A model generated the notes under the pieces. It was given only the letters and a program-made list of their open reading frames with translations, was not told the DNA's origin and did no database searches. The position numbers and the translations under genes are program-made. DNA of 64,000 bases from Gammaproteobacteria bacterium (GTDB lineage Bacteria; Pseudomonadota; Gammaproteobacteria; Pseudomonadales; Azotimanducaceae): assembly GCA_009837725.1 (NCBI GenBank), contig VXSY01000297.1, forward strand, positions 1,278 to 65,277, given 5' to 3'. Shown in pieces: positions 28,633-40,611 of the stretch (its first letter is position 1; each line of letters starts with the position of its first letter).

Positions 28633-29873
28633 AGGGCGCCGCACAGCGACACGCACGACGGTTCCGCCTGCCCCCGGCGGCGACGTGGATCACCCGGCGC
28701 TACCTGTTTGCGCGGCGGCATGGCTACGCCGCCTTCGTGAACTGGGTCTCGTTTGCTGGCCTCGCTCTTGGCGTGACGATCCTCACGGTCGTTGTCAGCG
28801 TGATGAATGGCTTCGATCGCGAACTCGTAGGGCGGCTTCTGTCGGCTTCGCCGCACCTGATCGTCCGCGGCGTGGCCGAGCTCCCGGCCGAAGTGGAAGC
28901 GCTGCCGGAGGTGCTTGCGGTGGGGCGCCACTACCGGGGCGAGGGCCTGTTGCTGCATCGTTACGGAAGCACGGCGCTCACCGTCATGGGGGTGGACGCC
29001 GCGGGCTCCGAGGCGCTGGCGCACATCGAGGATGAAGACGGCACGCCGGCATTGCCGCGCCTGTTCGAAGGGCAGGCCACTGTGCTGCTCGGCAATCGAC
29101 TGGCGCAAACCTTCGGCATGAACGTTGGTGACCCCGTGGTGTTGACGATGGCGTCGGCTCGGGGCGGCGGCGTACAGCCACGCATGGAGCGGTTTGCGCT
29201 CGCCGGCACGTTTGCGGTCGGCGCGGAGCCGGACTCGAGCCTGGCGTTGGTGCGTTACGACGATGCCCGTGCACGCGGGCTAGCTTCCCACGGCATCGCT
29301 GGCTGGCGACTGTTCCTCGCCGAACCTCTTGCTGCGCCGGTGCTGCTGCCCAAACTCGAGCCGATCCTGCCGCAACAAGCCCGCATGACTTCGTGGGCCG
29401 ACCAATACGGCGGTCTGTTCCGCGCGGTGAAGATCGAGAAGGCCATGATGTTCGTGCTGCTGCTGCTGATCGTAGCGCTGGCGGCGTTCAACGTCGTCTC
29501 TTGCCAAGCCATGCTGGTGAACGAAAAGCGGGCGGACGCGGCAATTCTCTCCACCATGGGTGCGAGCCGGGCCCTTCTCGCCACGGTCTTCTTCCTGCAA
29601 GGCGCTGCCGTTGCCGCTGCTGGCGTGGGTTCGGGGCTAGCACTTGGCGTCGTGACGGCGCTGCACGCCGATGCGGCGATAGCTGCCGTCGAAGGCCTCA
29701 TCGGCGCAAGCATCATCGATGGCACCTACTTCCACTCCATCCCATCGGATGTACAGATCGGCGACTTGGTGCTGATCGCGGTGCTTTCGCTCGGCCTTTG
29801 CGCCGCCGCTCTGCTGCGCCCGGCGCTGCGCATCACTGCCGAGGATCCGGCCGATGTGTTGCACTCACCGTAG
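28629..29873 (+). CDS. lolE: Lipoprotein-releasing ABC transporter permease LolE
   Basis: WITRRYLFARRHGYAAFVNWVSFAGLALGV and an FtsX-type C-terminus. Third gene of the lolCDE arrangement. Confidence 0.85.
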   Translation: MKGAAQRHARRFRLPPAATWITRRYLFARRHGYAAFVNWVSFAGLALGVTILTVVVSVMNGFDRELVGRLLSASPHLIVRGVAELPAEVEALPEVLAVGRHYRGEGLLLHRYGSTALTVMGVDAAGSEALAHIEDEDGTPALPRLFEGQATVLLGNRLAQTFGMNVGDPVVLTMASARGGGVQPRMERFALAGTFAVGAEPDSSLALVRYDDARARGLASHGIAGWRLFLAEPLAAPVLLPKLEPILPQQARMTSWADQYGGLFRAVKIEKAMMFVLLLLIVALAAFNVVSCQAMLVNEKRADAAILSTMGASRALLATVFFLQGAAVAAAGVGSGLALGVVTALHADAAIAAVEGLIGASIIDGTYFHSIPSDVQIGDLVLIAVLSLGLCAAALLRPALRITAEDPADVLHSP

Positions 29874-29879
29874 TGCTGC

Positions 29880-31409
29880 TCACCCCGTTGGCTTAGCGCC
29901 TGTCGCAGATTTGCGCTTGCGGGCTTCGTCGCCGAGCACGCGCCAGACCGCCAGGCAGATGGCGAGGAGGACTGCGGCGAAGGGCAAGCCGCTCGCCAAG
30001 GATGCTGTTTGCAGCGCGGTGAGGCCCCCGCCGGCCAGGAGTACGGCGGCGATGACGCCGAGGGTGACGGCCCAGAGGATTCGCTGAGCCGCCGGGGTGC
30101 CCTCCCGCCCACCGGAGGCCACGAAATCGAGCACCAACGCACCCGAGTCGGCGGAGGTCACGAAGAAAGTGACCACGATGATGACGGCTGCAAAGGTGGT
30201 CACCGTTGCGAGCGGCAGCTTTTCGAGCAGGAAGAACGTCGCCTCCGGCACGCTTTCGCTGGCGGCGGCTGCGAGGCCCGCCTCGCCGAACATTTCGAAA
30301 TGCAGGGCGGTGTTGCCGAAGATTGTGAGCCAGAGGAACGTCAGCAGGGTGGGTGCCAAGAGCACCCCTAGGACGAACTCCCGAACCGTCCGGCCACGCG
30401 AGATGCGGGCGATGAACATGCCCACGAACGGTGCCCAGGAAATCCACCACGCGTAGTAGAAAACGGTCCAGTCGTTCTGCCATTCGCCCCCCGTCCATGT
30501 TTCGTTCCAGGTGGCGAGGCGCGGAAGGTGCTGCAGGTAGTGGCCCGTGTTCTCCACCAAGCCGTTGAGGATGAAGAGGGTGGGCCCTCCGAACAGCACG
30601 AAGAGGCCCAGAATGGCTGCCAGCGACATGTTCAGCTCCGACAGGCGCTTGATGCCGGCACTGAGGCCGAGCGCCACCGACACCAAGGCAATCGCGGTGA
30701 TGACGCCCACCAGCACAAGCTGGACGCCGAGGGAGTTGTCGAGGCCAAACAGGCGCCCCAGGCCCGCGTTCACTTGCGTCGCGCCGAGACCCAGGGACGT
30801 GGCGATGCCGAACACGGTCGCGACGATCGCCAGCACGTCGATGGCATGGCGCAGGGCGTGGCTGCGCTTTGGCAGGATCGGCGCCAGCACGGCACCAACG
30901 GTGAGCGGGAGCCCTCGGTTGAACGCCACCAGCGCGAGGCCAAGGCCGATGACCCCGTAGATGGCCCAGGCGTGCAGCCCCCAGTGCAGGAAGGTGAAGC
31001 CCATCGCGTCCCGTGCCGCCGTGGTGGCTTCGATGGCGCTGCCGCCTGGCGGCGCTCTGTAGTGCAGAAGCGGTTCGGCCACCGCGTAGAACAACAGGCC
31101 AATGCCCATGCCGGCGCTGAATAGCATGGCGAACCACTCCCAACGGGAGAACTCCGGCCTCGCATCGGCGCCGCCGAGCCGCACCGAACCCCCGCGCCCG
31201 AAGGCTGCCGCCAACGCGAACAACAAAAGGGCATTGGCCGTGAACACGTAGAACCAGCCGAAGGACGAGGCGATGGCCGTCTGCAGCGACCCGAATGCCG
31301 CATTGGCGCGGTCGAGATTGGCGAGGGTGGCAACGGCAAAGACGAGGATGATCAACACGGCCGGCACGAACACGGGGGCATTCACGCGGTACTTGCCGGA
31401 CTCGAACAT
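29880..31409 (-). CDS. BCCT-family (betaine/carnitine/choline) transporter
   Basis: WTVFYYAWWISWAPFVGMFIARISRGRTVREF (BCCT signature). Start moved to ATG 31407-31409, which has GGAGG upstream. Confidence 0.9.
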   Translation of the reverse strand: MFESGKYRVNAPVFVPAVLIILVFAVATLANLDRANAAFGSLQTAIASSFGWFYVFTANALLLFALAAAFGRGGSVRLGGADARPEFSRWEWFAMLFSAGMGIGLLFYAVAEPLLHYRAPPGGSAIEATTAARDAMGFTFLHWGLHAWAIYGVIGLGLALVAFNRGLPLTVGAVLAPILPKRSHALRHAIDVLAIVATVFGIATSLGLGATQVNAGLGRLFGLDNSLGVQLVLVGVITAIALVSVALGLSAGIKRLSELNMSLAAILGLFVLFGGPTLFILNGLVENTGHYLQHLPRLATWNETWTGGEWQNDWTVFYYAWWISWAPFVGMFIARISRGRTVREFVLGVLLAPTLLTFLWLTIFGNTALHFEMFGEAGLAAAASESVPEATFFLLEKLPLATVTTFAAVIIVVTFFVTSADSGALVLDFVASGGREGTPAAQRILWAVTLGVIAAVLLAGGGLTALQTASLASGLPFAAVLLAICLAVWRVLGDEARKRKSATGAKPTG

Positions 31410-31554
31410 GCGTCGCTCCTCCCACCCAATAGGCCCCACGCCATTGTGACCCCACAAGGCAGCGAAGCACCAGCGGTCGGGGTTGTCGGCCCTTGAATCC
31501 GCGCCTTTGCGCCCCCACTTGCCGAGGTTGGGTTAGCCAGTGGGCCGTAAAGCC

Positions 31555-33435
31555 ATGACCGACGCCAGCGCAGCCGAAACCCTCGGCTTTCAGACCGAGG
31601 CGAAAAAGCTCCTGCAACTGATGATCAACTCCCTTTACTCGAGTCGGGAGATCTTCCTGCGGGAACTGATTTCCAACGCCTCGGACGCCATCGACAAGCT
31701 GCGCTTCGAGGCACTTGCCGACGATGCCTTGCTGGCGGACGACCCGGATTTCGGCATTCGCATTGAGTTCGACAAGGATGCCAAGACCCTATCGGTGAGC
31801 GACAACGGCGTCGGCATGACGCGCGAGGAGGTGGTGGCCAATCTCGGCACCATCGCCAAGTCTGGCACGGCCGAATTCCTGGAGCGCCTCACCGGGGATC
31901 AGAAGGGCGACGCCACGCTCATCGGCCAGTTCGGTGTCGGTTTCTACAGCGCCTTCATCGTTGCCAAGGAAGTGGAGGTGCTCACCCGGCGGGCGGGCCA
32001 GGAAGCCGGCGTGCGCTGGTCTTCGCAAGGGGAGGATAGCTTCACGGTCGAGGACGCCGAGGGCCTCGCCCGCGGCACGAAGGTGACGCTTACGCTCAAG
32101 GACGACGCGGAGGAGTTCGCCGACGGCTTTCGCCTGCGCTCCATCGTCCGGCAATACTCCGACCACATCGGCGTGCCGGTCGAGATGCCGAAGGAGGGTG
32201 ACGACGAGGAAGGCGAACCGGAGTTCGAGAGCGTCAACTCCGCCAAGGCGTTGTGGACCCGTTCCCGCAGCGAGATCGAAGACGACGAATACCGCGAGTT
32301 CTATCGCCATGTCTCGCATGACTTCGAGGATCCGCTGGTTTGGAGCCACAACCGTGTTGAGGGGAAGCTCGAATACACGAGCCTGGTGTATGTGCCGAAG
32401 CGCGCGCCCTACGACTTGTGGAACCGGGAGGCACCGCGTGGGGTGAAGCTCTACGTCCAGCGCGTGTTCATCATGGACGAGGCGGACGAGTTCCTGCCCT
32501 TGTACCTGCGCTTCGTGCGCGGCGTGGTGGATTGCAGCGACCTGCCACTCAACATCTCGCGCGAGATCCTGCAGAAGGACGAGCGCACACGCACCATTCG
32601 CAATGCCCTGACGCGGCGCGTGCTCGACACTCTGGGGAAGCTCGAAGCCGAGCAATACGGCGAGTTCTGGGACGAGTTCGGCCAGGTGCTGAAGGAGGGC
32701 GTGGCCGAGGACTTCGCCAACAAGGAAGCGCTCTTGAAGCTCTTGCGCTTCGCCTCCACTCACGACGAAGAGGCGAGCCAGCGCATTTCCCTTGCCGACT
32801 ATGTGGGGCGCATGGGCGAGGGCCAGGATCGCATCTACTATCTCATCGCGGAGTCCGACAGCGCGGCGCGACAAAGCCCGCATCTCGAGGTGTTCCGGGC
32901 CCGGGGCATCGAGGTGCTGCTGCTGACCGACCGAATCGACGAGTGGTTCATGTCGTTCGCCGGGGAGTTCGACGGCAAGGAATTCCAGGACGTGACCCGC
33001 GGCGAGCTCGATCTCGACAAGGCAGAGGAAGCGGCGGAGAAGGGCGACGAGGAAGAGTCGAAGGACGGGGAAGATGATCCTCTCGTCACCCGCATCAAGG
33101 AGGCGCTAGGGGAGCGGGTGAACGAAGTGCGCCGTTCCAGGCGCCTCACCGACTCGCCGGCCTGTCTGGTGCTCGGCGAACACGACATGGGCCTGCAGAT
33201 GCGCCGCATCATGGAGGCCGCCGGCCAGTCCGCGCCGGAAAGCAAGCCGGATTTCGAGGTCAACGCCGACCACCCCTTGATTCTCCGCCTCGATGCAGAG
33301 CCGGACGAAGACCGCTTCGGCGACCTCGTGTCGATCCTGTTCGACCAAGCGGCCCTGGCGGAGGGCAACGGCATCGAGCAACCGGGCGCTTACGTGCGGC
33401 GAATCAACGACCTGTTGGTGGAACTGCTCGGCTAG
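31555..33435 (+). CDS. htpG: Molecular chaperone HtpG (Hsp90)
   Basis: [42 protein letters not shown]; [11 protein letters not shown]. Confidence 0.97.
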   Translation: MTDASAAETLGFQTEAKKLLQLMINSLYSSREIFLRELISNASDAIDKLRFEALADDALLADDPDFGIRIEFDKDAKTLSVSDNGVGMTREEVVANLGTIAKSGTAEFLERLTGDQKGDATLIGQFGVGFYSAFIVAKEVEVLTRRAGQEAGVRWSSQGEDSFTVEDAEGLARGTKVTLTLKDDAEEFADGFRLRSIVRQYSDHIGVPVEMPKEGDDEEGEPEFESVNSAKALWTRSRSEIEDDEYREFYRHVSHDFEDPLVWSHNRVEGKLEYTSLVYVPKRAPYDLWNREAPRGVKLYVQRVFIMDEADEFLPLYLRFVRGVVDCSDLPLNISREILQKDERTRTIRNALTRRVLDTLGKLEAEQYGEFWDEFGQVLKEGVAEDFANKEALLKLLRFASTHDEEASQRISLADYVGRMGEGQDRIYYLIAESDSAARQSPHLEVFRARGIEVLLLTDRIDEWFMSFAGEFDGKEFQDVTRGELDLDKAEEAAEKGDEEESKDGEDDPLVTRIKEALGERVNEVRRSRRLTDSPACLVLGEHDMGLQMRRIMEAAGQSAPESKPDFEVNADHPLILRLDAEPDEDRFGDLVSILFDQAALAEGNGIEQPGAYVRRINDLLVELLG

Positions 33436-33547
33436 GAGGCTGCGAAGCTCCTCGGCCTTGCGCCTCAAGCCGTGCCGATTTCGCGTGGAACCGGCGCCGC
33501 CCGTCGCCTATGCTTCCTGTGGCGTTTGTTCTGTGTAAGGCCTTCGC

Positions 33548-34564
33548 TTGAACGTTGCCATCGTCGGCGCCGGCAATTTCGGCACTGCCGTCGCGAGCCT
33601 CGTGGCCCGCAACGGTCATGCCGTGGACCTCTGGATGCGCGACGAGCAGCAGCTTGCGCAGATCCTCGAGCACCGGGAAAACCGGCGCTACCTGAAGGGG
33701 CATCGGTTGCCGGACAACATCCGCCCCACCACGGGCATCGACGTTGCCGGCAGGGCGGAGGTGGTCTTCGTCACCGTGCCGAGTGCGTCGTTCCGCGACG
33801 TCACGCACGAGCTCGTGTCGGTGGTGCCGGCTGGGACCCAAGTAGTGAGTGCCACCAAGGGGATCGAGGAAGACGGCTTTCGCCTGATGAGCCAGATCCT
33901 GGAAGAGCTGCTGCCGGCGGCGAAGGTGGGCGCGATCAGTGGGCCGAACCTCGCCGAGGAGATGGCCGACGGCCGCTACACCGGCACGGTGGTGGCGAGT
34001 CGGCATCCGACGCTGCGCCGCAGCGTCCAGGACGTGCTGACCCACGCCACCTTCCGCGTGTACACCAGCGAGGATGTCTATGGCGTCGAACTCGGTGGCG
34101 CGCTGAAGAACATCTACGCGATCATCGCTGGCCTTGCCACCGCTCTGCAGGTGGGGCAGAACACCCTGGCCATGCTCATCACCCGCAGTCTCGCCGAGAT
34201 GAGCCGCTTCGCAGTGGCGCTGGGCGCCAATCCCTACACGTTCCTCGGGCTTGCCGGTGTCGGCGATCTCTTCGTCACGTGCACCTCGCCGCTGTCGCGC
34301 AACTTCCGCCTCGGCACCAGGCTCGCGACCGGGCTTACGCTTGCCCAGGCGATGGACGATCTCGGCAAGCTGGCCGAGGGTGTCAACACCGTGCGAGTGG
34401 TGCGGGGCAAGAGCCGGGAACTGGGGGTGTACATGCCGCTTGTGGACGCGCTCTATCGACTGCTCTACGAACAGGTGGAGCTTGGCGCGGTCATCCATGA
34501 GTTGATGACGAGCGAGCAGCGCGTGGATGTGGACTTCGCGCCGCCAGTGGAGTGGAAAGCTTGA
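33548..34564 (+). CDS. gpsA: NAD(P)H-dependent glycerol-3-phosphate dehydrogenase
   Basis: VAIVGAGNFGTAVA...ENRRYL...GPNLAEE...ALKNIYAI. TTG start. Confidence 0.93.
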   Translation: MNVAIVGAGNFGTAVASLVARNGHAVDLWMRDEQQLAQILEHRENRRYLKGHRLPDNIRPTTGIDVAGRAEVVFVTVPSASFRDVTHELVSVVPAGTQVVSATKGIEEDGFRLMSQILEELLPAAKVGAISGPNLAEEMADGRYTGTVVASRHPTLRRSVQDVLTHATFRVYTSEDVYGVELGGALKNIYAIIAGLATALQVGQNTLAMLITRSLAEMSRFAVALGANPYTFLGLAGVGDLFVTCTSPLSRNFRLGTRLATGLTLAQAMDDLGKLAEGVNTVRVVRGKSRELGVYMPLVDALYRLLYEQVELGAVIHELMTSEQRVDVDFAPPVEWKA

Positions 34565-35517
34565 ATCCCTTACCGGCCCGCCCTTCGCGCGCATGGTTCC
34601 GCGCCTGGCTCGGCGCCACGTGCGCGAGCGCCGGCCTTGGCGTCCTGGCTGCGGAGCCCGACCTGCCGGGTTCGGCCGATCCGCCCGACTTCGCGCGTTT
34701 TCCGGGCGCCTGGATCGTCGCGTACTCGGCCCCCGATGCGGTGCGCGACTATGAGTTCATCACGGGTCCCGTGGACAAGATCCGCCGTGATGTGCGGATC
34801 GACAACAGCCTGCGCCTGTCCGGGACGCTCACCCGCGTCACGTGGCAGGCTCCGAACGGCACGCGGCTCGCCGACGCGGTGGCGCACTACCGCGGCCTCG
34901 CGCTCGCTGCCGGCGGGCGGCTGGTGTTCGAGTGCAGCGGACCGGACTGCGGACGCAGCACCGTGTGGGCCAACCACGTCTTCCGCGTGCCGGTGCTGGC
35001 GGCACCGAATCGGACCCAGCACTTTCTCGCGATGGCGGTGCCAAGTGGCGACGGTGCGCGCCTGCTCGCGACGATCTACGTCGTGCAGCGTGGCAACCGC
35101 CGCGTCTATGCCCATGTGGACACGTTCGCGCCGGATCCCGGTGCGGTGGTGGAGTTCGACCGCAACCGCGATCTCGCCCAGGTGCTCGCTCGGCATGGCC
35201 ACGCCGTGCTCGAAGGCGTGACGCCCGGGCGGCTGGGGCGACTGCCGCCGGAAGCGCTGGCCACGCTCCAAGCCATCGCATCATCGCTGGCGGCGTTCGC
35301 AGACCAGCCGCTCCACGTCGTCTGCCACCTTGGCGGCTCGGCACCGATGGACACGCTGCTGGCGCGATCGACGGCCTGTGCCGAGGAGGCGGCAGCAAAG
35401 CTGTCCGAGAGCGGCATTTCGGCGCTGGCGTTCGGCGCCGGGCCGCTGCTGCCGCGCGAAGATGCGCCGCTCGAACGGGTCGAGCTGGTCGCTCCAGAGC
35501 GCCTGCGGCGACGTTGA
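34552..35517 (+). CDS. Secreted hypothetical protein; resembles DUF4892-type proteins from memory
   Basis: Signal-peptide-like N-terminus (WLGATCASAGLGVLAA). FPGAWIVAYS...GTLTRVTWQAPNG...CSGPDCGRSTVWAN. No function can be inferred. Confidence 0.5.
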   Translation: MESLNPLPARPSRAWFRAWLGATCASAGLGVLAAEPDLPGSADPPDFARFPGAWIVAYSAPDAVRDYEFITGPVDKIRRDVRIDNSLRLSGTLTRVTWQAPNGTRLADAVAHYRGLALAAGGRLVFECSGPDCGRSTVWANHVFRVPVLAAPNRTQHFLAMAVPSGDGARLLATIYVVQRGNRRVYAHVDTFAPDPGAVVEFDRNRDLAQVLARHGHAVLEGVTPGRLGRLPPEALATLQAIASSLAAFADQPLHVVCHLGGSAPMDTLLARSTACAEEAAAKLSESGISALAFGAGPLLPREDAPLERVELVAPERLRRR

Positions 35518-36416
35518 CCCGAGACGAGCTGCGTCGCCGCTTCGCGGCGCGCCTGGCGAACGCAAGCGTCGCCTTCGGGCAGGGCACACACGACGCCGTG
35601 AGCGATGCGGCAGCGTTGGTGGACGGCTATCTGCTCGGGCTCGGTATAGCAAACGACGGGGCGCTGCCGGCAGGCGCCGAACAGGAGCTGGAGCAACTGC
35701 TGGCACGGCGCATTGGCGATCGGTTGCCGGCTGCGCATCTCACGGGCGTTGCTTGGTTCGCCGGCGAGACTTGGCATGTCCCGCAGGAGGTGATGATCCC
35801 CCGCTCTCCCATTGGCGCAGTCTTGCGAGATGGGCTGTCGCCGTGGCTGCGCAATGAGCCTGAGGCAATCCTTGATCTGTGTTGCGGCTGCGGTTGCCTT
35901 GGCCTCGTGGCCGCGGACGCTTTCGCCGGTGCGGAGGTGGACCTTGCCGACATCGATGCCTCGGCATTGGCCGCAGCAAGGCGAAATCTCGCCGCCCGCC
36001 CCCACCTCACCGAACGCGTCCGCATTGTGCAGGGCGACCTTTTCGCCAACCTTGGCGGGCGCCGCTACGACCTCGTGATCTGCAATCCGCCCTATGTGGC
36101 GAGTGCTGAGCTGGCCCGGGTGCCGGCCGAGTTCCGCCACGAGCCACGTCTGGGCCTCGACGGCGGCGACGATGGCCTGACCGTGTGGCGCCGCATCCTC
36201 GCGGACCTCGCCGGTCACCTGCGGCCAGACGCGGTCCTGCTCGGCGAAGCCGGTGGCGTCTCCGACAGGTTCGACGCCACCTTCCCGCACCTCGGCGCGA
36301 TCTGGCTGGACTTACCCGACGCCGAACAGCAGGCGGACGGCACCTACGGCGTCTTCGTCGCAAGCCTCGACGACTCGCCAGAAGGCTTCGCCGTAGAAAA
36401 CGCCGCTGGCTCCTAG
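35514..36416 (+). CDS. prmB: Ribosomal protein L3 glutamine N5-methyltransferase PrmB
   Basis: VMIPRSPIG...ILDLCCGCGCLG...VICNPPYV (NPPY). The TTG start at 35514 overlaps the previous stop. The upstream 224 codons of the track ORF are R/A-rich and lie over the previous gene. Confidence 0.85.
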   Translation: MTRDELRRRFAARLANASVAFGQGTHDAVSDAAALVDGYLLGLGIANDGALPAGAEQELEQLLARRIGDRLPAAHLTGVAWFAGETWHVPQEVMIPRSPIGAVLRDGLSPWLRNEPEAILDLCCGCGCLGLVAADAFAGAEVDLADIDASALAAARRNLAARPHLTERVRIVQGDLFANLGGRRYDLVICNPPYVASAELARVPAEFRHEPRLGLDGGDDGLTVWRRILADLAGHLRPDAVLLGEAGGVSDRFDATFPHLGAIWLDLPDAEQQADGTYGVFVASLDDSPEGFAVENAAGS

Positions 36417-36496
36417 TCCGCCCGCCAAAGGGAGGCCACCCACCCGCCGTCGGACAGTAGGGAGGTGCAGAGACGCAGGACCGGAACCGGTAAGCT

Positions 36497-37579
36497 TTGC
36501 AGATGGCTGGCAACACGTTCGGACAGGCGTTTTCCGTCACCACCTTTGGCGAGAGCCACGGGCCGGCGCTTGGTGCGGTGGTGGATGGCTGTCCGCCTGG
36601 GCTCGCGCTTTGCGAGGCCGATCTGCAACGCGACTTGGATCGCCGCCGTCCCGGACAGTCGCGCTACACCACGCAGCGGCGGGAACCGGATCAGGTGCGC
36701 ATCCTCTCTGGCGTCTTCGAGGGCGTCACCACAGGCACCGCCATTGGTCTTGCCATCGACAACGTGGACCAGCGTTCGCGGGACTACGGCGCCATCGCCG
36801 AACAGTTCCGCCCCGGCCACGCCGACTACACCTATCGCACCAAGTTTGGCCGGCGCGACTATCGCGGCGGTGGCCGTGCATCTGCACGGGAAACGGCGAT
36901 GCGTGTCGCTGCCGGTGCCATCGCCCGCAAGTACCTTGCGGATCGGGCCGGAGTCACCGTGCAGGGCCATCTGTCGCAGATCGGTCGGTTGCGGCTCGAG
37001 ACCGTGGATATGGATGCCGTGGATTCCAACCCGTTTTTCTGCCCCGACCCCGATGCCATAGACGCCATCGCCGGCATGATCGAGGCGCTGCGCCGAGACG
37101 GCGACTCGGTGGGCGCCGTGGTAACCGTGCGGGCGACCAACGTGCCGGTGGGGCTAGGCGAGCCGGTGTTCGGCAAGCTCGATGCAGCACTCGCCGGGGC
37201 GCTGATGGGCATCAACGCTGCCAAGGGGGTGGAGATCGGTGCCGGCTTCGCTGCCGTGGAACAGCGCGGCAGCGAGCACCGCGACGAACGCGACCGAACG
37301 GGCTTCCTCAGCAACCACGCTGGCGGCGTGCTCGGCGGCATCTCATCCGGCCAGGACATCGTCGCCCGCGTCGCCTTCAAGCCCACATCGAGCATCACCA
37401 AGCCGGGCCGAAGCCTCGACATTCACGGCAATGAAGTGGAAGTGGTGACAAAGGGTCGGCACGACCCCTGCGTCGGCATCCGCGCCACGCCGATCGTCGA
37501 AGCCATGGTGGCGCTCGTCCTGATGGACCACCTGCTCCGAGACCGAGGTCAGAACCTGGACGTCTCACGCGACGGCTAA
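36497..37579 (+). CDS. aroC: Chorismate synthase
   Basis: [33 protein letters not shown]...[14 protein letters not shown]. The start may be ATG 36503. Confidence 0.95.
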   Translation: MQMAGNTFGQAFSVTTFGESHGPALGAVVDGCPPGLALCEADLQRDLDRRRPGQSRYTTQRREPDQVRILSGVFEGVTTGTAIGLAIDNVDQRSRDYGAIAEQFRPGHADYTYRTKFGRRDYRGGGRASARETAMRVAAGAIARKYLADRAGVTVQGHLSQIGRLRLETVDMDAVDSNPFFCPDPDAIDAIAGMIEALRRDGDSVGAVVTVRATNVPVGLGEPVFGKLDAALAGALMGINAAKGVEIGAGFAAVEQRGSEHRDERDRTGFLSNHAGGVLGGISSGQDIVARVAFKPTSSITKPGRSLDIHGNEVEVVTKGRHDPCVGIRATPIVEAMVALVLMDHLLRDRGQNLDVSRDG

Positions 37580-37627
37580 ACGGAAGCCACCGCGGCCTTT
37601 GCTTCTTCCTGCCTTGCCGAGGGACTG

Positions 37628-39403
37628 TTGAACATCCGCAACATTGCCATCGTCGCGCACGTTGACCATGGCAAGACGACGCTCGTGGATCGCTTGCTGC
37701 AGCAGACCGACCGAGATCGTCGCCTTGTGGGGCTCGAACGCGCGCTCGACCAAGGCGAACTCGAGCGCGAGCGGGGCATCACCATCCTCGCCAAGACCAC
37801 GGCCATCGAGTATCAGGGTTGCCGCATCAACATCGTCGATACCCCGGGTCACGCAGACTTTGGCGGTGAGGTGGAACGCATCCTGTCGATGGTGGATTCG
37901 GTGCTGCTGCTGGTGGACGCCGCGGAGGGGCCGATGCCCCAGACCCGGTTCGTCACCGCCAAGGCGTTTGCGGCCGGCCTCAAGCCCATCCTCGTTGTCA
38001 ACAAGATCGACCGCGATGGCGCCGAGCCCCATGCTGCGGTGGACAAGGTCTTTGATCTGTTCGATGCCCTCGGCGCCAGCGAGGAGCAGCTCGATTTCCC
38101 GGTGATGTTCGCATCGGCGCTGCAGGGCGTCGCCGGCCCCGATCCGGAGCAGCTCAAACCGGACGTGACGCCGCTTCTGGATCTCATCGTCGAGCGCGTG
38201 CCGCCGCCGACGGTGGATGGTGACGGACCGTTTCGGATGCAGGTGAGCACCCTCGACTACTCGAGCTACGTGGGCGTCATCGGCATCGGTCGAGTATCCC
38301 GTGGCCGCGTGAAACCCCGCGATCCGGTGAACGTGGTGAATGCCGAGGGCAACGTGCGCCGGGCGCGGGTGCTTGAGGTGCAGGCAAGCCGGGGGCTCGC
38401 TCGGGTGGACCTTGCCACCGCTGTGGCCGGGGACATCGTTGCCTTGAGCGGCATCGATGACATCGAGGTCTCAGACACCATCTGCGCCGCGGACTCGGTG
38501 GACCCGCTGCCGCGCCTGGCCGTGGACGAGCCGACCCTGACGATGACCTTCGTCGTCAACTCCGGTCCCTTCGCCGGCAAGGAAGGGCGCTTCCTTACGG
38601 CCCGGCACCTACGCGAGCGACTGTTTCGGGAAGCGACCCACAACGTCGCGCTGCGTGTGGCCGATACAGATCAGCCGGATCGGTTCCAGGTCTCTGGGCG
38701 TGGCGAACTGCACCTCTCCGTGCTGATCGAGACGATGCGACGGGAGGGCTACGAGATGGCGGTGACGCAGCCGTCGGTCATCACCCGCGAGGAGGAAGGG
38801 CGCACGCTAGAACCCTGGGAGGCGGTGGTCTTCGACATCGACCTCGCCCATCAAGGCGCGCTCATGGAGACGCTGGGCGAGCGGCGCGGCGATCTTCTCG
38901 ACATGGAAGCGGCCGGCGCCGGCCGCTTGCGCCTGCGCTATCGCGTCGCCAGCCGGGCCCTGCTGGGCCTGCGCTCGGATTTCGCCTCGTTCACTTCCGG
39001 CAGCGGTGTGATGACCTTCGCTCCGGACGGCTATCACCCCCGCGCCGTTGGTGTGCGGGGTGGCCGCGGCACGGGCGTCCTCGTATCCAACGCCACCGGC
39101 AAGGCCGTGGCATATGCCCTGTTCAATCTGCAACGCCGGGGCGAGCTCTTCATCGGCCCTGGCGACGCGGTCTATGCCGGCATGGTCATCGGCGCCCACT
39201 CCCGCAGCAACGACCTTGTGGTCAATCCGCTGAAGGAAAAGAAACTCACCAACATCCGCGCCGCCGCCAACGACGAGAACATCCTCCTGACGCCGCCGGT
39301 ACGGATGTCCCTCGAACAGGCTCTCAACTACATCGCCGGCGACGAACTCGTGGAGGTAACCCCGGCCGCCATCCGCATCCGCAAGGCAGATGCGGCGCGC
39401 TGA
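37628..39403 (+). CDS. typA: Translational GTPase TypA/BipA
   Basis: [19 protein letters not shown]...[14 protein letters not shown]...NKIDR, with colinear similarity to E. coli BipA throughout. TTG start. Confidence 0.95.
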   Translation: MNIRNIAIVAHVDHGKTTLVDRLLQQTDRDRRLVGLERALDQGELERERGITILAKTTAIEYQGCRINIVDTPGHADFGGEVERILSMVDSVLLLVDAAEGPMPQTRFVTAKAFAAGLKPILVVNKIDRDGAEPHAAVDKVFDLFDALGASEEQLDFPVMFASALQGVAGPDPEQLKPDVTPLLDLIVERVPPPTVDGDGPFRMQVSTLDYSSYVGVIGIGRVSRGRVKPRDPVNVVNAEGNVRRARVLEVQASRGLARVDLATAVAGDIVALSGIDDIEVSDTICAADSVDPLPRLAVDEPTLTMTFVVNSGPFAGKEGRFLTARHLRERLFREATHNVALRVADTDQPDRFQVSGRGELHLSVLIETMRREGYEMAVTQPSVITREEEGRTLEPWEAVVFDIDLAHQGALMETLGERRGDLLDMEAAGAGRLRLRYRVASRALLGLRSDFASFTSGSGVMTFAPDGYHPRAVGVRGGRGTGVLVSNATGKAVAYALFNLQRRGELFIGPGDAVYAGMVIGAHSRSNDLVVNPLKEKKLTNIRAAANDENILLTPPVRMSLEQALNYIAGDELVEVTPAAIRIRKADAAR

Positions 39404-39427
39404 CTTTGGTTGCGGTGGCCGAGTTTT

Positions 39428-40543
39428 CTATTCGACGTCGAGGACCGCTCGCTGCACCCGGCTGAGGCGTTCGAACACTGCAGGATCGAGGAGTGCAGGC
39501 ACCTCCGTTTGGGTGGGTCGTTCTGCCCGGGTGAAGAACGCGTGTTGGGCGCGGCGCAGGTGCGGCGAAAAGTTCTGCGTGCCGCTGTGCCACAGGTGGG
39601 CGTTGTAGGCGATGCAGCTTCCGGCTACGCCCGTTAGGTGTACTTCCCCGGGGACAGGGGCGACCAGGTCTCTGGGCGCGCCCCCCTCGGTTGAGCCCAT
39701 CGGGTGTTGGCGCCAGCGGTGTGAGCCCGGCACCACGCGGGTGGGGCCGTTTTCCTCGGTGAAATCGTCGAGCAGCCAGATGGCGTTCACCACTTCGGCG
39801 TCGCGCACGCCCCAGCCCCAGTCGGCGTGGATGGCTTGGTGGCCATAGCCGGGCAGCGGGCAGTGGAAGTTGGTGCTCGAGTAGCGGAAGCGCGGGCCAA
39901 GGACGTGCCGTACGGCGGCCAGCAACTTCGGATGGAAGGAGAATGGATCGAGCAGCCCATCGGTGTTCAGGGCCTTGATGACCGTGCCGGAGACTCTAGC
40001 GATGCCGCGGGTCTGAGACACTTCGTGGCCGGCGACAGTGCCTTCGCCTTCCACCGCGTTGCCCAGACGCTGACGCATCGCATCGAGTTGTGTCGCGGTC
40101 AGGATGGGGCCGAGGTTGACGTAGCCATCTTCGTCGAGCGCCTTGCGTTCGGCGGGGCTCAAGAGCGGGTTGTTCGCATCGTCGATGCCGAGCTCGCGGC
40201 AGGCGGCCTCGATCCGATCTGGGGGCAGGCGGTTCGCCGCGCCGCTCAGGTGGCGGTTCAACATCTTGCGAACGGGTTCGAGGGCAGCGGCTTCCGCGTC
40301 GCAATTGGCCAGCAGCTCCCGCCGTTCTGCGTCGGTGGCGCCCGCGCACCAGATGCGCGTCGCAAAAGCTACCCGCGCTTGGCCCGCGGCGCGAAGGGCG
40401 GGATCGATCGCCGGGAGACGTGGCGTGCTGAGATCGCCCGGAATCTCGGCTAGGTGTGCAGCCGTTAGGTAGCGGGCGATTTCGGCACCCCCACCTTGCT
40501 TTTCCGCTGCACTCGTACCGTTAGCCGATGCCTGCGAGTCCAT
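39428..40543 (-). CDS. Phytanoyl-CoA dioxygenase (PhyH) family Fe(II)/2OG oxygenase
   Basis: HADWGWG...GPTRVVPGSHRW...AYNAHLWHSG. Start moved to ATG 40541-40543. Confidence 0.7.
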   Translation of the reverse strand: MDSQASANGTSAAEKQGGGAEIARYLTAAHLAEIPGDLSTPRLPAIDPALRAAGQARVAFATRIWCAGATDAERRELLANCDAEAAALEPVRKMLNRHLSGAANRLPPDRIEAACRELGIDDANNPLLSPAERKALDEDGYVNLGPILTATQLDAMRQRLGNAVEGEGTVAGHEVSQTRGIARVSGTVIKALNTDGLLDPFSFHPKLLAAVRHVLGPRFRYSSTNFHCPLPGYGHQAIHADWGWGVRDAEVVNAIWLLDDFTEENGPTRVVPGSHRWRQHPMGSTEGGAPRDLVAPVPGEVHLTGVAGSCIAYNAHLWHSGTQNFSPHLRRAQHAFFTRAERPTQTEVPALLDPAVFERLSRVQRAVLDVE

Positions 40544-40611
40544 GCCGGGTGTCGTCCTTGGCCTCCAGTGTCCCGAGCATTGTGCCCTAAGGAGCCTCCG
40601 CGCGTGTCGGC

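Noticed and set aside
29893-31617. 574-aa minus-strand ORF overlapping the BCCT transporter gene in another frame
   Set aside because: Its composition is extremely R/G/P-rich with no motifs. The BCCT signature is in the other frame (29880..31409).
31789-32883. 364-aa minus-strand ORF inside htpG
   Set aside because: It is an antisense shadow of a highly conserved Hsp90 gene.
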